A stretch of DNA of 64,000 nt, from the NCBI GenBank assembly GCA_963832165.1, contig CAWHTE010000004.1, positions 576,001 through 640,000 of the forward strand. Direction: 5' to 3'. Shown here one piece after another: positions 30,278-40,467 of the stretch. The translations under genes were made by a program, and so were the position numbers. This stretch comes from an uncultured delta proteobacterium. Its GTDB lineage: Bacteria > Myxococcota_A > UBA9160 > SMWR01. The first letter of the stretch is position 1. Every line of letters begins with the position of its first letter. Below the pieces are notes generated by a model. It saw only the letters and a list, made by a program, of their open reading frames with translations, made no database searches and had not been told where the DNA came from.

Positions 30278-30292
30278 TGGCATCGATCTTGC
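30278..30292 (+). promoter_or_regulatory. sigma54 -24/-12 promoter
   Basis: TGGCATCGATCTTGC (GG-N10-GC), 13 nt before the ATG at 30306. Confidence 0.7.
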
Positions 30293-30305
30293 GAATCCGG
30301 CGCGC

Positions 30306-30653
30306 ATGGCCGGCAAACCGCATACCCAGACCCCCGCGCCCGCGGACGAGCTGCGCCGCGAGCTCGAGCGGCTCGGGCTGCCGCCGTCCGACGCCGGCCC
30401 GCTCGCGGAGCGCCTGACCGGGCTCTCGCGCAACCTGCCCGAGCGCGAGTACCGCGCGCTGCTCGAGGGCGTGGTGCTGGGTCAGCGCGCCGGGCGCGAG
30501 CCCGCCCGCTCGCCCGAGCTCCAGCGCATGCTCGAAGACTTCGCCTGCGAGCTTCAGAAACTACATGAGGGTTTGCGGCTGATCTCGGCGTTCCTGTCGC
30601 GGCTGCGCGAGCAGACACAGCCCGCGCTGGAACCCGCGCGGACTCTGCACTAG
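30306..30653 (+). CDS. Hypothetical helical protein
   Basis: Amphipathic helical composition; sits behind a sigma54 motif. Confidence 0.6.
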   Translation: MAGKPHTQTPAPADELRRELERLGLPPSDAGPLAERLTGLSRNLPEREYRALLEGVVLGQRAGREPARSPELQRMLEDFACELQKLHEGLRLISAFLSRLREQTQPALEPARTLH

Positions 30654-30716
30654 ACACGCAGTTCGCCCCCACCGGTCCCGTGAGGTGGCGTCCTGGCGGG
30701 CTGGCTCGTCGCGGGC

Positions 30717-32978
30717 ATGGCGCTCGGGATCGCGATTGCGGACCGCTGCGACGTGGCGCCGGGCTGGGCGGCACTGCCCGCGCTCGCGGGACTGCTGCTC
30801 GCGCTGTGGCGCCGCTCGCGCGTCCACGCCGCGGTGCTCGTGTGCGCCGGGGTCGGATTGCACGCTCAAGCCGCGCTACTCGCGCAGGCGCGCGCGGCGG
30901 CTGCGGGAGAGCCGCGCGAAGTGCTCGTGGAGGGTGTCGTCTCGCGTCGCGCGTCGGCGCTCGCACCGCGCTGGATCGAGCTCGACTCCGTGCGCGGCGC
31001 TGGCATCGCGCGCGTGCGCGTGTTCTCGACGCAGCCCGGGGATCTCGAGCCGTGGTTGCCCGGAGATCCGCTGCGCGCGCGGCTGCGGATCGCGCCGCTG
31101 CGCTGGCCGCGCAACCCGGGCGACGGCGATCCGCTGCGCCGGCTCTGGCGCGCGGGGCTCGCCGTGGGCGGCGCGCTCCCGCATCCCTCGCTCGCGGCTG
31201 CGCGGGCGCCCGCGAGCGGACCGCGCGCATCGCTGCATCGGCTGCGCGCGCACATCGCCGCGCGGCTCGCGTCGGGCGGCGAGGGAGCGGGACTCTTGCG
31301 CGGTCTCGCGCTCGGCGATGCCGACGCGCTCGCACCCGAAGAACGCGACGTATTCCACCGGCTCGGTCTCGAGCACGCGCTCTCGGTGTCGGGTCTCCAT
31401 CTCACCTGGGTCAGCGCCGCGCTCTACGCGTTCGGGCGCGCGGCACTGCGGCGCTCTGCGTGGCTCGCGGCGCGCTTCGATACGCGTCGGCTCGCGCTGA
31501 TCCCCGCGTGTGCGGGCGCACTGGCGTACGCCGCGCTCGCGGGCTGGGGCGTACCGGTGCGGCGGTCGCTGCTCGTGGTGCTCGCGGCGGGCTTCGCGTC
31601 GCTGCGCGGGCGCCCAGGGATCGCGGGTGCGGCGCTCGCGGCCGCCGCGCTCTGGGTGCTCGCCGAGGAGCCCGACGCGCTGTTCCAGCCCGGGGCACAG
31701 CTCTCGTTCGCGGCGGTCGCGGCGTTCGTGTGGATGATGGGCCGGCCCGCGGCACGCGAAGCGCGCATGACGGCGGCGCTGCGCACGAGCGCGACCGCGA
31801 TCGCGGCGACCGCGCCGATCGTCGCGTGGCACGGCGGCGGCGTGTCGGGCGCTGCTCTCGCGGCGAACTGGCTCGCGCTGCCGTGGCTCGGCTTTGCGGT
31901 GCTGCCCGCAGCGCTCGTCGCCGCGATCACCGCGGGCGCCGATCTGCCGGGCGCGCCCGGCGTGATCACGGCTGCGAGCGCGCTCGCGGCATTCACGGTC
32001 GAAGTCCTCGGCTGGGTCGCGCGCGAGCTGCCCGGGCTCGACCGCGCCGCGCCCGCGGCCTCGTGGTGGATCGCATCGCTCGCACTCGCGGCGGGCGGGC
32101 TCGCCGCGCGCTCCACCTCGGTGCGCGTGGCGGTGGCCATCGCGCTGGCGGCGCTGCTCGCGGCGGCGCCGCCCGCGCCCGTTTCACCCGCGCCGCCGCG
32201 GCTCGTCGTGCTCGACGTGGGGCAGGGCGACGCCGCCCTCGTGCAGGGCGTGCGCGCCGCTGTGCTCGTCGACGCGGGACCCGCACGCGACGACTACGAT
32301 GCGGGCGCGCGGCGCGTGGTCCCGGCGCTGCGCGCGCTGGGCGTCGAGCGGCTCGATCTGCTCGTGGCCACCCACGCGGATCTCGATCACCGCGGCGGGC
32401 TGCCCGCGGTGCTGCGCGCGATCGCGGTGGCCGAGCTGTGGCTGCCGTTCGGGGGGCTCGGCGATCCCGGCTTCGCCGACACGCTGGCCGCCGCGCGCGC
32501 GGCGGGCACCCGCGTGCGCGAGGCGGGCCGCGGGAGCCCGCGGCGCCGGATCGGAGAGCTCAGCGTGGATCCGTTGTGGCCTCCGGTGAGCGGCAGTGGC
32601 TCCCGGAATCAGCGATCGCTCGTGGTGCGGATCTCGACGGACGGGCTGCGCGTCCTGCTGCCCGGCGACCTCGACATGCGCGCCGAGGCCCAGCTGCTCG
32701 CGCTCGAGCCCGGCGCGGAAGCGGACGTGCTCCTGCTCCCGCACCACGGCAGCCGCAGCTCGAGCTCTGCGGCGCTGCTCGACGCGGTTGCACCGCGGCT
32801 CGCGATCGCGTCGGCGCCCTGCCGGAGCCGGTTCGGGATGCCCCATCCCGACGTGCGCGCGCGCCTCTCCGAGCGGGGAGTACCGCTCGCGTGGACCGGG
32901 CGCGACGGCGCGCTCGTGGTCGCGCTGCGCGGATCGCCCGCGCCGCGCGGTACGGGCGACCCCGCGCGCTGCCCGTAG
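30717..32978 (+). CDS. comEC: DNA internalization competence protein ComEC/Rec2
   Basis: HALSVSGLH, GAQLSF, LDVGQGDA, THADLDHRGG, LLPGD, PHHGS, FGMPHP. Confidence 0.92.
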   Translation: MALGIAIADRCDVAPGWAALPALAGLLLALWRRSRVHAAVLVCAGVGLHAQAALLAQARAAAAGEPREVLVEGVVSRRASALAPRWIELDSVRGAGIARVRVFSTQPGDLEPWLPGDPLRARLRIAPLRWPRNPGDGDPLRRLWRAGLAVGGALPHPSLAAARAPASGPRASLHRLRAHIAARLASGGEGAGLLRGLALGDADALAPEERDVFHRLGLEHALSVSGLHLTWVSAALYAFGRAALRRSAWLAARFDTRRLALIPACAGALAYAALAGWGVPVRRSLLVVLAAGFASLRGRPGIAGAALAAAALWVLAEEPDALFQPGAQLSFAAVAAFVWMMGRPAAREARMTAALRTSATAIAATAPIVAWHGGGVSGAALAANWLALPWLGFAVLPAALVAAITAGADLPGAPGVITAASALAAFTVEVLGWVARELPGLDRAAPAASWWIASLALAAGGLAARSTSVRVAVAIALAALLAAAPPAPVSPAPPRLVVLDVGQGDAALVQGVRAAVLVDAGPARDDYDAGARRVVPALRALGVERLDLLVATHADLDHRGGLPAVLRAIAVAELWLPFGGLGDPGFADTLAAARAAGTRVREAGRGSPRRRIGELSVDPLWPPVSGSGSRNQRSLVVRISTDGLRVLLPGDLDMRAEAQLLALEPGAEADVLLLPHHGSRSSSSAALLDAVAPRLAIASAPCRSRFGMPHPDVRARLSERGVPLAWTGRDGALVVALRGSPAPRGTGDPARCP

Positions 32979-32999
32979 GCGCGTTGCTACCGTCGCGCG

Positions 33000-34668
33000 G
33001 TGCAATCTTCGCGCAGTGGGCGGCCCGGGTTCGCCGAATGGACTGCACTCGCCGTGATTGCCTCCGGAGCGCTCGCGCTGCGACTCTGGAACGTCTCCGA
33101 GCTCGCCGCGCACGATCCGTTCTTCACGCGTCCCTCGGTCGACGAGCGCATGTATCACGAGTGGGCGCAGCAGGTGGCCGCGGGCGACTGGCTCGGCGAT
33201 CGCGTGTTCCTGAACGGACCGCTCTATCCCTACCTGCTCGGCGCGCTCTATGCGGTCGCAGGTCCCTCGCTGTACGCGGCGCGCGCGGCGCATGCGCTGA
33301 TCGGCACTCTCACCTGCGTGCTCACGTGGTGGGTCGGACGCCGGCGCTTCTCTCCCGCGGTCGCCCTCGGCGCTGCCGCGCTCGTCGCGGTGAGTCAGAT
33401 GCTCGTCTTCTACGACAGCGTGCTGACCGTGGACGCGCTGTGCGTACCGCTTGCGTTGCTCGCGGCCGGCAGCGCGATCGCGGCCGAGGATCGGCCGGGT
33501 TGGGGACGCTGGCTCGCCGCGGGCGCGATCACGGGGCTCGGCGCGCTCGCGCGCCCGAACCTGGTGCTCGTGGGCGTCCTGTGCGCGCTGTGGGCGGCCG
33601 TCCGGCAGCGCGATCGCGCGGTGCTCGCGCGCGCGGGCTGGCTCGCCGCGTTCGCGCTCGGCGTGCTCGTGTGCGTGGCGCCCGTGACCTGGCGCAACTA
33701 CGCCGTGTCGGGCGATTTCGTGCCGATCACCTACTCGGGCGGCATGAATCTCTTCCTGGGCAACAACCCGGACGCGCGCGGCACGTTCGGCGTGCCGCGT
33801 CTGTTCCCGCGCTCGGCCGCCGACGATCCGTGGGAGCAGCGCGAGGCATTCGAGACCACGGCGGAAGAGGTGCTCGGCCGCGAGCTGCGTCCTTCGGAAG
33901 TGTCGCGCTTCTGGTCGGGCGAGGCGCTGCGCTTCGTGCAGGAGTATCCGCGCGAGTGGGCGCGCCTTCTCTGGCGCAAGATCGAGCTCGCGACCAACGC
34001 GTTCGAGCCGTGGAACATCCGCTCGTACGCGCTCACGCGCGAGTTCTCTGCGCCGCTGCGGCTGCCGCTCGTGGGCTTCGGAATGATCGCGCCGCTCGCG
34101 CTCGCGGGGCTCGCGCTCACCGCGGCGCGCTGGCGCGAGCTCGTTCCGCTCTACGCCGTGCTCGCGATGGTGCTCGTCACGCTGCTCGCGTTCTTCGTGC
34201 TCGCGCGCTACCGGATCCCCGCGGTCCCCGTGCTCTCGCTGTTCGCGGGCGCGGCGATCGCAGAGGGCGCCGCGCGGCTGCGCGCGCGCACGGCCCGCGC
34301 CGCGCGCGCCGTGGCGCTGGCCGCGCTGCTGGCCGCGCTCGCAGGGGTGTGGGTCCATCGCGGGGTGGTGCGCGACGACCTCTCGATCGCCTACTTCAAC
34401 CTGGGCAACCGCTACCGCGAGCTCGTCCGATTGGCCGCGCGCGATCGAGAGCTACCAGCGCACGATCGCGGGCCGACCCAGCTACGTGTCGGCGTTCAAC
34501 AACCTCGCGCTCGTCTACGAGGCGACCGGCGAGCATGATGAACAGGCGCGCCTGACCTGGGAGCGCGTGCGCGAGCTCGGGAACGCCCAGGGCATGCCGC
34601 ACTACGCCGAGCGCGCCGATCGCCACCTGCGAGCGCTCGCGGCATTCGGAACGGAGGCGCCGGAGTAG
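33000..34668 (+). CDS. GT39/PMT-like membrane glycosyltransferase with C-terminal TPR; apparent +1 frameshift near 34425
   Basis: VDERMYHEWA, PLYPYLLG, LARPN, NLFLGNNP, ARYRIP; TPR AYFNLGNRYREL continues in next frame as DWPRAIESYQRTI...AFNNLALVY. Confidence 0.8.
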
Positions 34669-34675
34669 GGCGGCT

Positions 34676-35521
34676 ATGCTTGGCGTCGTGGACGACGACA
34701 CGCTCGCCGAATCGGTCTCGCGCGTGCCGGTCGTGCGCTTCGCGCGCGGCCGTGCCGAAGCCCAGCGCGATGCCGTCGCGCGCGAGGAGCCGCTCGAGAT
34801 CCAGATCGGCGGCACGCCGCTCGCGGTGGTGATGCGCACCCCGGGTCACGATGCCGACCTCGCGCTGGGCTTCCTGTCGAGCGAGCGCGTGATCGACTCG
34901 ATCGAAGACGTGCTCTCGGTGCGCCATTGCCGCGAGGCGCGCAGCCCCGAAGCCGCGGACAACGTGGTGCGCGTCGCGCTCGCGGACGGCGTCGAGGTCG
35001 ATTGGGAGGCACTGCGGCGCAACCTCTACGCGAGCAGCAGCTGCGGCGTGTGCGGCAAGGCGACGATCGAGAACGTGCTCGCGTGCGCGCCGCCGCTCGA
35101 CGATCCGGCGAGCTTCGCCGCATCGCTGTTTGCGCCGCTGCCGGAGCGGCTCGCGGGCGCGCAGCCGGGCTTCGCACAGTCGGGCGGGCTTCACGCGGCG
35201 GCGCTGTTCGATCGCGATGGGACACTGCTCGTCGCGCGCGAGGACGTGGGCCGCCACAACGCCGTCGACAAGGTGCTCGGCTACTGCGTGCGCGAGAAGC
35301 GCTGGCCGCTCGCGGGGCACGTGCTGCTCGTGTCGGGGCGGATCTCGTTCGAGATCGTGCAGAAGGCGCTCGCCGCGCGCCTGCCGCTCGTGGCCGGGGT
35401 GTCCGCTCCGTCTTCGCTCGCGATCGAGCTCGCCACGCGCGCGCGGATCGGGGTAGTCGGCTTCCTGCGCGGCAGCACGTTCAACGTCTACGGCGACACA
35501 TCGCGCGTTCGCTCCGCGTGA
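34676..35521 (+). CDS. fdhD: Formate dehydrogenase accessory sulfurtransferase (true start may be GTG 34688)
   Basis: EEPLEI, MRTPG, SSCGVCGK, GGLHAAALF, EDVGRHNAVDK, SAPSSLA. Confidence 0.95.
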   Translation: MLGVVDDDTLAESVSRVPVVRFARGRAEAQRDAVAREEPLEIQIGGTPLAVVMRTPGHDADLALGFLSSERVIDSIEDVLSVRHCREARSPEAADNVVRVALADGVEVDWEALRRNLYASSSCGVCGKATIENVLACAPPLDDPASFAASLFAPLPERLAGAQPGFAQSGGLHAAALFDRDGTLLVAREDVGRHNAVDKVLGYCVREKRWPLAGHVLLVSGRISFEIVQKALAARLPLVAGVSAPSSLAIELATRARIGVVGFLRGSTFNVYGDTSRVRSA

Positions 35522-37770
35522 GCGAAGACCCGGCCGACCGCGCGGCAGCGGGCGGCTTCGCCGCAATCGCCTCGTCGCTGCGCCGCACGATCGCGGGTCC
35601 CGGGCTGCGGCGTGGCGTCGAGCTGCTCGCGCAGGTGAACCAGACGCGCGGCTTCGATTGCCCGGGGTGCGCGTGGCCGGAACCGCACGCTCGCGCCGCG
35701 ACCGAGTTCTGCGAGAACGGCGCGAAGGCGATCGCGCACGAGGCCACGCGCGCGCGCTTGTCGGCGGAGTTCTTCGCGCGCTGGTCGATTCCCGCGCTGC
35801 TCGAGCAGAGCGACCACTGGCTCGAGCAACAGGGGCGCCTGGTCGAGCCGCTGCACCGCGCTGCGGGCTCGGATCACTACACGCCCGTGTCGTGGGACGA
35901 TGCGCTCGCGGGGATCACGAACGGACTGTCGGCGCTGCGCCATCCCGACGAAGCGGTCTTCTACACGTCGGGGCGCACGAGCAACGAGGCGGCATTCCTC
36001 TATCAGCTGTTCGCGCGCTGCTTCGGCACGAACAACCTGCCCGACTGCTCGAACATGTGTCACGAGTCGAGCGGGGTGGGCCTCACGCCCGTGATCGGTG
36101 TCAGCAAGGGCACGGTGGGTCTCGACGATTTCGCGGTCGCCGACGCCATCTTCGTGATCGGACAGAACCCGGGCTCGAACCACCCGCGCATGCTCACGGC
36201 CCTGCAGGCTGCGAAGCGGCGCGGCGCGCGAATCGTCGCGATCAACCCGCTGCGCGAGCGCGGCCTCGTGCGCTTCACGCACCCGCAGGAGGCGCTCGCG
36301 TGGCTCGGGCGCGGCACCGCCATTGCGGATCTCTACCTGCAGGTGCGCGTGGGCGGCGACGTCGCGCTGCTCCAGGGCATCGCGAAGGCCGTGCTCGAGG
36401 AGGAGGATCGCCGGCCCGGGCGCGTGCTCGATTGGGCGTTCCTGTCCGCGCGCACGTCGGGATTCGCCTCGTATCGCGCGGCGATCGCGCGGCGCGACTG
36501 GGCCACGCTCGCGGCGAAGAGCGGCATTTCGGTCGAGCAGATGCGCGAGGCGGCCGCCGAGTATGTGCGCGCGTCGCGCGTGATCGTCTGCTGGGCGATG
36601 GGGCTCACGCAGCACAAGCACGGCGTCGCGAACGTGCAGGAGATCGTCAACCTGCTGCTCCTGCGCGGCAACCTCGGCGTGCCGGGCGCGGGCCCGTGTC
36701 CCGTGCGCGGGCACTCGAACGTGCAGGGCGATCGCACGGTCGGGATCACCGAGAAGCCGAGTGCGGCGTTCCTCGACGCGCTCGCGCGCGAGTTCGATTT
36801 CGAACCGCCGCGCGCGCACGGCTTCGACACGGTCGGCGCGATCCGCGCGATGCGCGACGGCCGCGCGCGCGCGTTCATCGGCATGGGCGGAAACTTCGCG
36901 GTCGCGACGCCCGACAGTGCGATCGTCGCGGCCGCGCTCGAGCGCTGCGATCTCACGGTGCAGGTGTCGACGACGCTCAACCGCACGCATCTGCGCTGCG
37001 GGCGCGAAGCCTACGTGCTGCCGTGCCTGGGCCGCACCGAGCGCGACACCCAGCACGCGGGTGAACAGTTCGTCACGGTCGAGGATTCGATGAGCGTCGT
37101 GCACCGGTCCGAGGGGCGGCTGGAGCCCGCGTCGCCGGAGCTGCGCAGCGAGGTCTCGATCGCGGCCGACCTGGCGCGGGTCGTGCTAGGGCCTCGATCG
37201 CCGGTGCCGTGGGGGCTGTTCGCGTCGAACTACGACCGGATCCGCGACGCGATCGAGCGCGTGGTGCCGGGGTTCGAGGACTACAACCGCCGCGTGCGCG
37301 AGCCGGGCGGGTTCGTGCTGCCGAGCGGCGCGCGGCGCCGCCACTTCGACACGCGCGACGGGCGCGCCCATTTCACGGTCCACGAGCTGCCGAGCGACGA
37401 GATCGCCGCGGGGCGCTTCCGGCTCACCACGCTGCGCAGCCACGATCAGTTCAACACCACGATCTACGGGCACGACGACCGCTACCGCGGAATCCGCGGC
37501 GACCGGCGCGTGGTGCTGCTGCACCGCGACGACCTGGCCGCCGCGGGGCTCGCCGAGGGCCAGCGCGTCGACCTGACCAGCCACTTCGGCGGCGAGACGC
37601 GCTGTGTGCGCGGCTTCCGCACCGTCGCCTACGACGTGCCGCGCGGCTGTGCGGCCGCCTACTTCCCCGAGGCCAATCCGCTCGTCGCGCTCGACAGCGT
37701 TGCGGACGGCAGCCACACGCCGACCTTCAAGTCGATCGAGGTGTCGATCGCGCCGAGCGCTTCGACGTAG
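35518..37770 (+). CDS. FdhF/YdeP-family molybdopterin oxidoreductase
   Basis: GFDCPGCAWP, EFCENGAKA, YTSGRTSNE, NNLPDCSNMCHE, RGHSNVQG, RSHDQFNTTIYG. Confidence 0.95.
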   Translation: MSEDPADRAAAGGFAAIASSLRRTIAGPGLRRGVELLAQVNQTRGFDCPGCAWPEPHARAATEFCENGAKAIAHEATRARLSAEFFARWSIPALLEQSDHWLEQQGRLVEPLHRAAGSDHYTPVSWDDALAGITNGLSALRHPDEAVFYTSGRTSNEAAFLYQLFARCFGTNNLPDCSNMCHESSGVGLTPVIGVSKGTVGLDDFAVADAIFVIGQNPGSNHPRMLTALQAAKRRGARIVAINPLRERGLVRFTHPQEALAWLGRGTAIADLYLQVRVGGDVALLQGIAKAVLEEEDRRPGRVLDWAFLSARTSGFASYRAAIARRDWATLAAKSGISVEQMREAAAEYVRASRVIVCWAMGLTQHKHGVANVQEIVNLLLLRGNLGVPGAGPCPVRGHSNVQGDRTVGITEKPSAAFLDALAREFDFEPPRAHGFDTVGAIRAMRDGRARAFIGMGGNFAVATPDSAIVAAALERCDLTVQVSTTLNRTHLRCGREAYVLPCLGRTERDTQHAGEQFVTVEDSMSVVHRSEGRLEPASPELRSEVSIAADLARVVLGPRSPVPWGLFASNYDRIRDAIERVVPGFEDYNRRVREPGGFVLPSGARRRHFDTRDGRAHFTVHELPSDEIAAGRFRLTTLRSHDQFNTTIYGHDDRYRGIRGDRRVVLLHRDDLAAAGLAEGQRVDLTSHFGGETRCVRGFRTVAYDVPRGCAAAYFPEANPLVALDSVADGSHTPTFKSIEVSIAPSAST

Positions 37771-37783
37771 CGGGCTCGTACCG

Positions 37784-39301
37784 TTACGCGGCGCGGTCGA
37801 TCCTGGCCAGTGCCGGGATCACGTGGCCATCGGTCTCCGGCAGCGCGACCCCGTGCAGCGCGGCCAGCGTGGGCGCGAAGTCGAGAATCGAGACGGGACC
37901 CACGGGTCCGCGCGCGACGTGGGGACCCGCCGCGAAGAACACGCTGTCGGGGGTGTGATCGCCCGTGCGGTTGCCGCGGTGCGCATGCTCGAGCGTGCCG
38001 ATCTTCGGCGACCCGACGCGGTCGATCGGCGCCTCGCGGTTCCACATCACGAAGAAATCCGGCAGCTCGGTGAGCCGCTTGCCCGCACATACCTCGTCGA
38101 CGCGCAGCACGTCGACCACCACGGGACGCCCCGTGTCGAGGTTGCGCAGGTCGAGCAGGTCGGAGCGGAGCTGCGCGAAGAACGCGTCGAAGGCGGCGCC
38201 GGGCTCGACGTGCCCGTGCGGCTCGCGCCCGACCAGGTTGACGCGGATCGCGCCCGCGAGGTCGTTGTGCGGCAGCGCGAAGCAATGCCGCCGTTCGCGG
38301 TCCCCGCGCAGTGCCGACTCCTCGATGTTGCGGACCGTCTTGCGCCAGCGCCGGCGCAGCTCGCGCGGCATCCGGCTCTTGAGCGCGCGCTTGAGGCGCG
38401 TGATCGAATCCAGCCGCAGCGGCGCCCGGGCCCCCTCGAGCCGGCGCAGGATTTCGTCGAGGATGTGGTTTCCGCCGTAGTTCGGGCCCATGCCCGTGCC
38501 CGAGAAGACGATCACATCGGCGTCTTCGCCGGCTGCGGCGGCGATCCGCCCGATCGCCGCGTCGATCGCCGCGTAGACGTCGCGCACGGGGTCGCCCACG
38601 AGCGCGGCGGCCGCGGCGTCGTGCATCGGGTGCGCCGCGTCGCGCACGTGCCAGCACTGGTGGCCCACGCAGTGCGGCTCCGCGAACACGGTCATGAACA
38701 GGTCCCACGGCTCCTGCGCGAGGAAGTGCAGCGCAGACGCCTCCTTCTGGCGTACGCGCGCGATCAATTGGTCGCGGAGCACGGCGTGCTCGGATGCGCT
38801 GCGCCCGCCGGGCTGATCGCACCTGGGCACGGGATCGCTGCCGAACTGGCGCACGAGGTCGGCGCCGAGCTCGTCGGGCCAGGTAGAGAGTCGCGAATAA
38901 ACCGGACCGTGTACGAGCCAGTCGACGGCGTGGATGCCGTTGAGACGCGGAGAGAGGCTGGCCTTCGGTACGTCGAACACGGCGACACGGCGCCCCGCCC
39001 CGGAGAGCACATCCCAGATCGTTGCCGCAGAGAGGTGGTCCGCGTCGAAGTGCTGGGCCTGATAGTCGGGTCCCATCTGGCGGTAGAAGTAGCGGCCGTG
39101 CCGCGCGGGCGTGACGCCGGTCGAGAAGCTCGGCCAGAGCGCTCCGCTGCCGAATCCCGGCAGATACTCGGCAATGCCCCAGGCACCGCGCTCTCGCAGC
39201 GCCGCGAGGTTCGGGAACAGGGCATCGTCGCAGCCCCGGAGCAGCAGGTCTCCCGAAGCCGCGTCGAGACCGATCACGACCGTGCGGGTTCGCGTTCCCA
39301 T
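37784..39301 (-). CDS. Alkaline phosphatase superfamily / type I phosphodiesterase-nucleotide pyrophosphatase
   Basis: VVIGLDAA, WPSFSTG...HG, HCVGHQCW, RVNLVGREP, TGDH, ILDFAPT. Confidence 0.85.
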   Translation of the reverse strand: MGTRTRTVVIGLDAASGDLLLRGCDDALFPNLAALRERGAWGIAEYLPGFGSGALWPSFSTGVTPARHGRYFYRQMGPDYQAQHFDADHLSAATIWDVLSGAGRRVAVFDVPKASLSPRLNGIHAVDWLVHGPVYSRLSTWPDELGADLVRQFGSDPVPRCDQPGGRSASEHAVLRDQLIARVRQKEASALHFLAQEPWDLFMTVFAEPHCVGHQCWHVRDAAHPMHDAAAAALVGDPVRDVYAAIDAAIGRIAAAAGEDADVIVFSGTGMGPNYGGNHILDEILRRLEGARAPLRLDSITRLKRALKSRMPRELRRRWRKTVRNIEESALRGDRERRHCFALPHNDLAGAIRVNLVGREPHGHVEPGAAFDAFFAQLRSDLLDLRNLDTGRPVVVDVLRVDEVCAGKRLTELPDFFVMWNREAPIDRVGSPKIGTLEHAHRGNRTGDHTPDSVFFAAGPHVARGPVGPVSILDFAPTLAALHGVALPETDGHVIPALARIDRAA

Positions 39302-40467
39302 GCGATGTCGCTCCTCGGAGTGGAAGTCGTCTTCTGGACGGTATCGATCATACGCCGCGCCACCGCGCCCCAGGTATAGCGGTCGCGCGCGCGCGCCTGG
39401 CCCGCGTCGCCCATGCGGCGGCGCAGATCCGCGTCGCGGAGCAGCTGGCCGAGATGGTTCGCGAGGCTGTCGACGTCGTCGATCTCGGAGAGCAGGCCGT
39501 GCACACCGTGATCGATCAGATCCGGCACCGCGCCGACCCGCGTCGCCACGATCGGCAGCCCGAAATGGAGCGCCTCGACGAACGCGACGCCGAACGGCTC
39601 GCGCCGCGTCGGCAGGCAGAACACGTCGGCCTGCTCGTAGTGTTCGTGCACCTCTTCGATCGGGCGGCGCCCGAGCACGCGAACGCCCGGGAGGTCGAGC
39701 GAGGGCTTGCAGCCCACGATCGTGAGCGTTGCGCGCGGGTGGCGGCGGCGGACGCGCTGGAACGCGGCGACGAGATCGGGTCCGCCCTTGCGGACCCAGT
39801 CCACGCCCACGAACAGGATGTTCTGGCCCGCGTCCCGGTGCGCGACCGTCTGCTCGGGCACGCGCACGTTCGATCCGCCCCCGACGCACACCACGTGCGC
39901 GGGATCGAGGCCGTACTGATCGACGAGCGAGGCCGTGACGTGCGCGCTGCGCGAGAAGACCAGGGTCGCGGCGTGGTAGCTCTCGCGCTCGAGTGCGATC
40001 CAGCGCGGCGAGCGCAGCGCGCGCGGGTCGAAATGGGGATAGCCGAGATTGACGAGGTGCGTGTGATCGGTGAAGACGAAATGGGGGATGCCCGGCGCGC
40101 GCGCGTCGAACAGCGACTGGATCTGGATCGTCCAGTCGAAGCCCTGCGCCTGGGCCCACTCGCTCGCGCGGCGGCTCATCCAGCGGAACATGAACGTGGT
40201 CCCGAAGAACGCCTGCCACGGCCGCACGCGGCGGGTCGCGAGCTTCCATCCGTGCTCGGCTGCGACGAACGCCGCGTTCGTGAGCATCGCCCTGCGATCG
40301 CTGCGCGCGAGCGCTTCGAGATCGAGCACGCAGACCTCTGCGTTGGGCAGCGCGGCCCGGAGCTCGTCGACGAGCAGCCGGTTCGGGATCGGGTGCGGCC
40401 CGATCCGCGAGAAGCCGATCCGAAGCGGCTGCGGCGACGCGCCGCTCTGTGCACGCGCGAGACTCAT
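39274..40467 (-). CDS. Glycosyltransferase family 4
   Basis: ILFVGVDWVRKGG, FCLPTRREPFGVAFVEA. Confidence 0.9.
   Translation of the reverse strand: MSLARAQSGASPQPLRIGFSRIGPHPIPNRLLVDELRAALPNAEVCVLDLEALARSDRRAMLTNAAFVAAEHGWKLATRRVRPWQAFFGTTFMFRWMSRRASEWAQAQGFDWTIQIQSLFDARAPGIPHFVFTDHTHLVNLGYPHFDPRALRSPRWIALERESYHAATLVFSRSAHVTASLVDQYGLDPAHVVCVGGGSNVRVPEQTVAHRDAGQNILFVGVDWVRKGGPDLVAAFQRVRRRHPRATLTIVGCKPSLDLPGVRVLGRRPIEEVHEHYEQADVFCLPTRREPFGVAFVEALHFGLPIVATRVGAVPDLIDHGVHGLLSEIDDVDSLANHLGQLLRDADLRRRMGDAGQARARDRYTWGAVARRMIDTVQKTTSTPRSDIAWEREPARS

Noticed and set aside
30680..34555. Very long Arg/Ala-rich ORFs (e.g. 30680-34555, 16595-19468, 55328-57946)
   Set aside because: Off-frame or antisense shadows of real genes; stop codons are scarce at this GC content.
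35518..37770. Selenocysteine formate dehydrogenase
   Set aside because: No in-frame TGA; motifs match the Cys-containing YdeP-type family.
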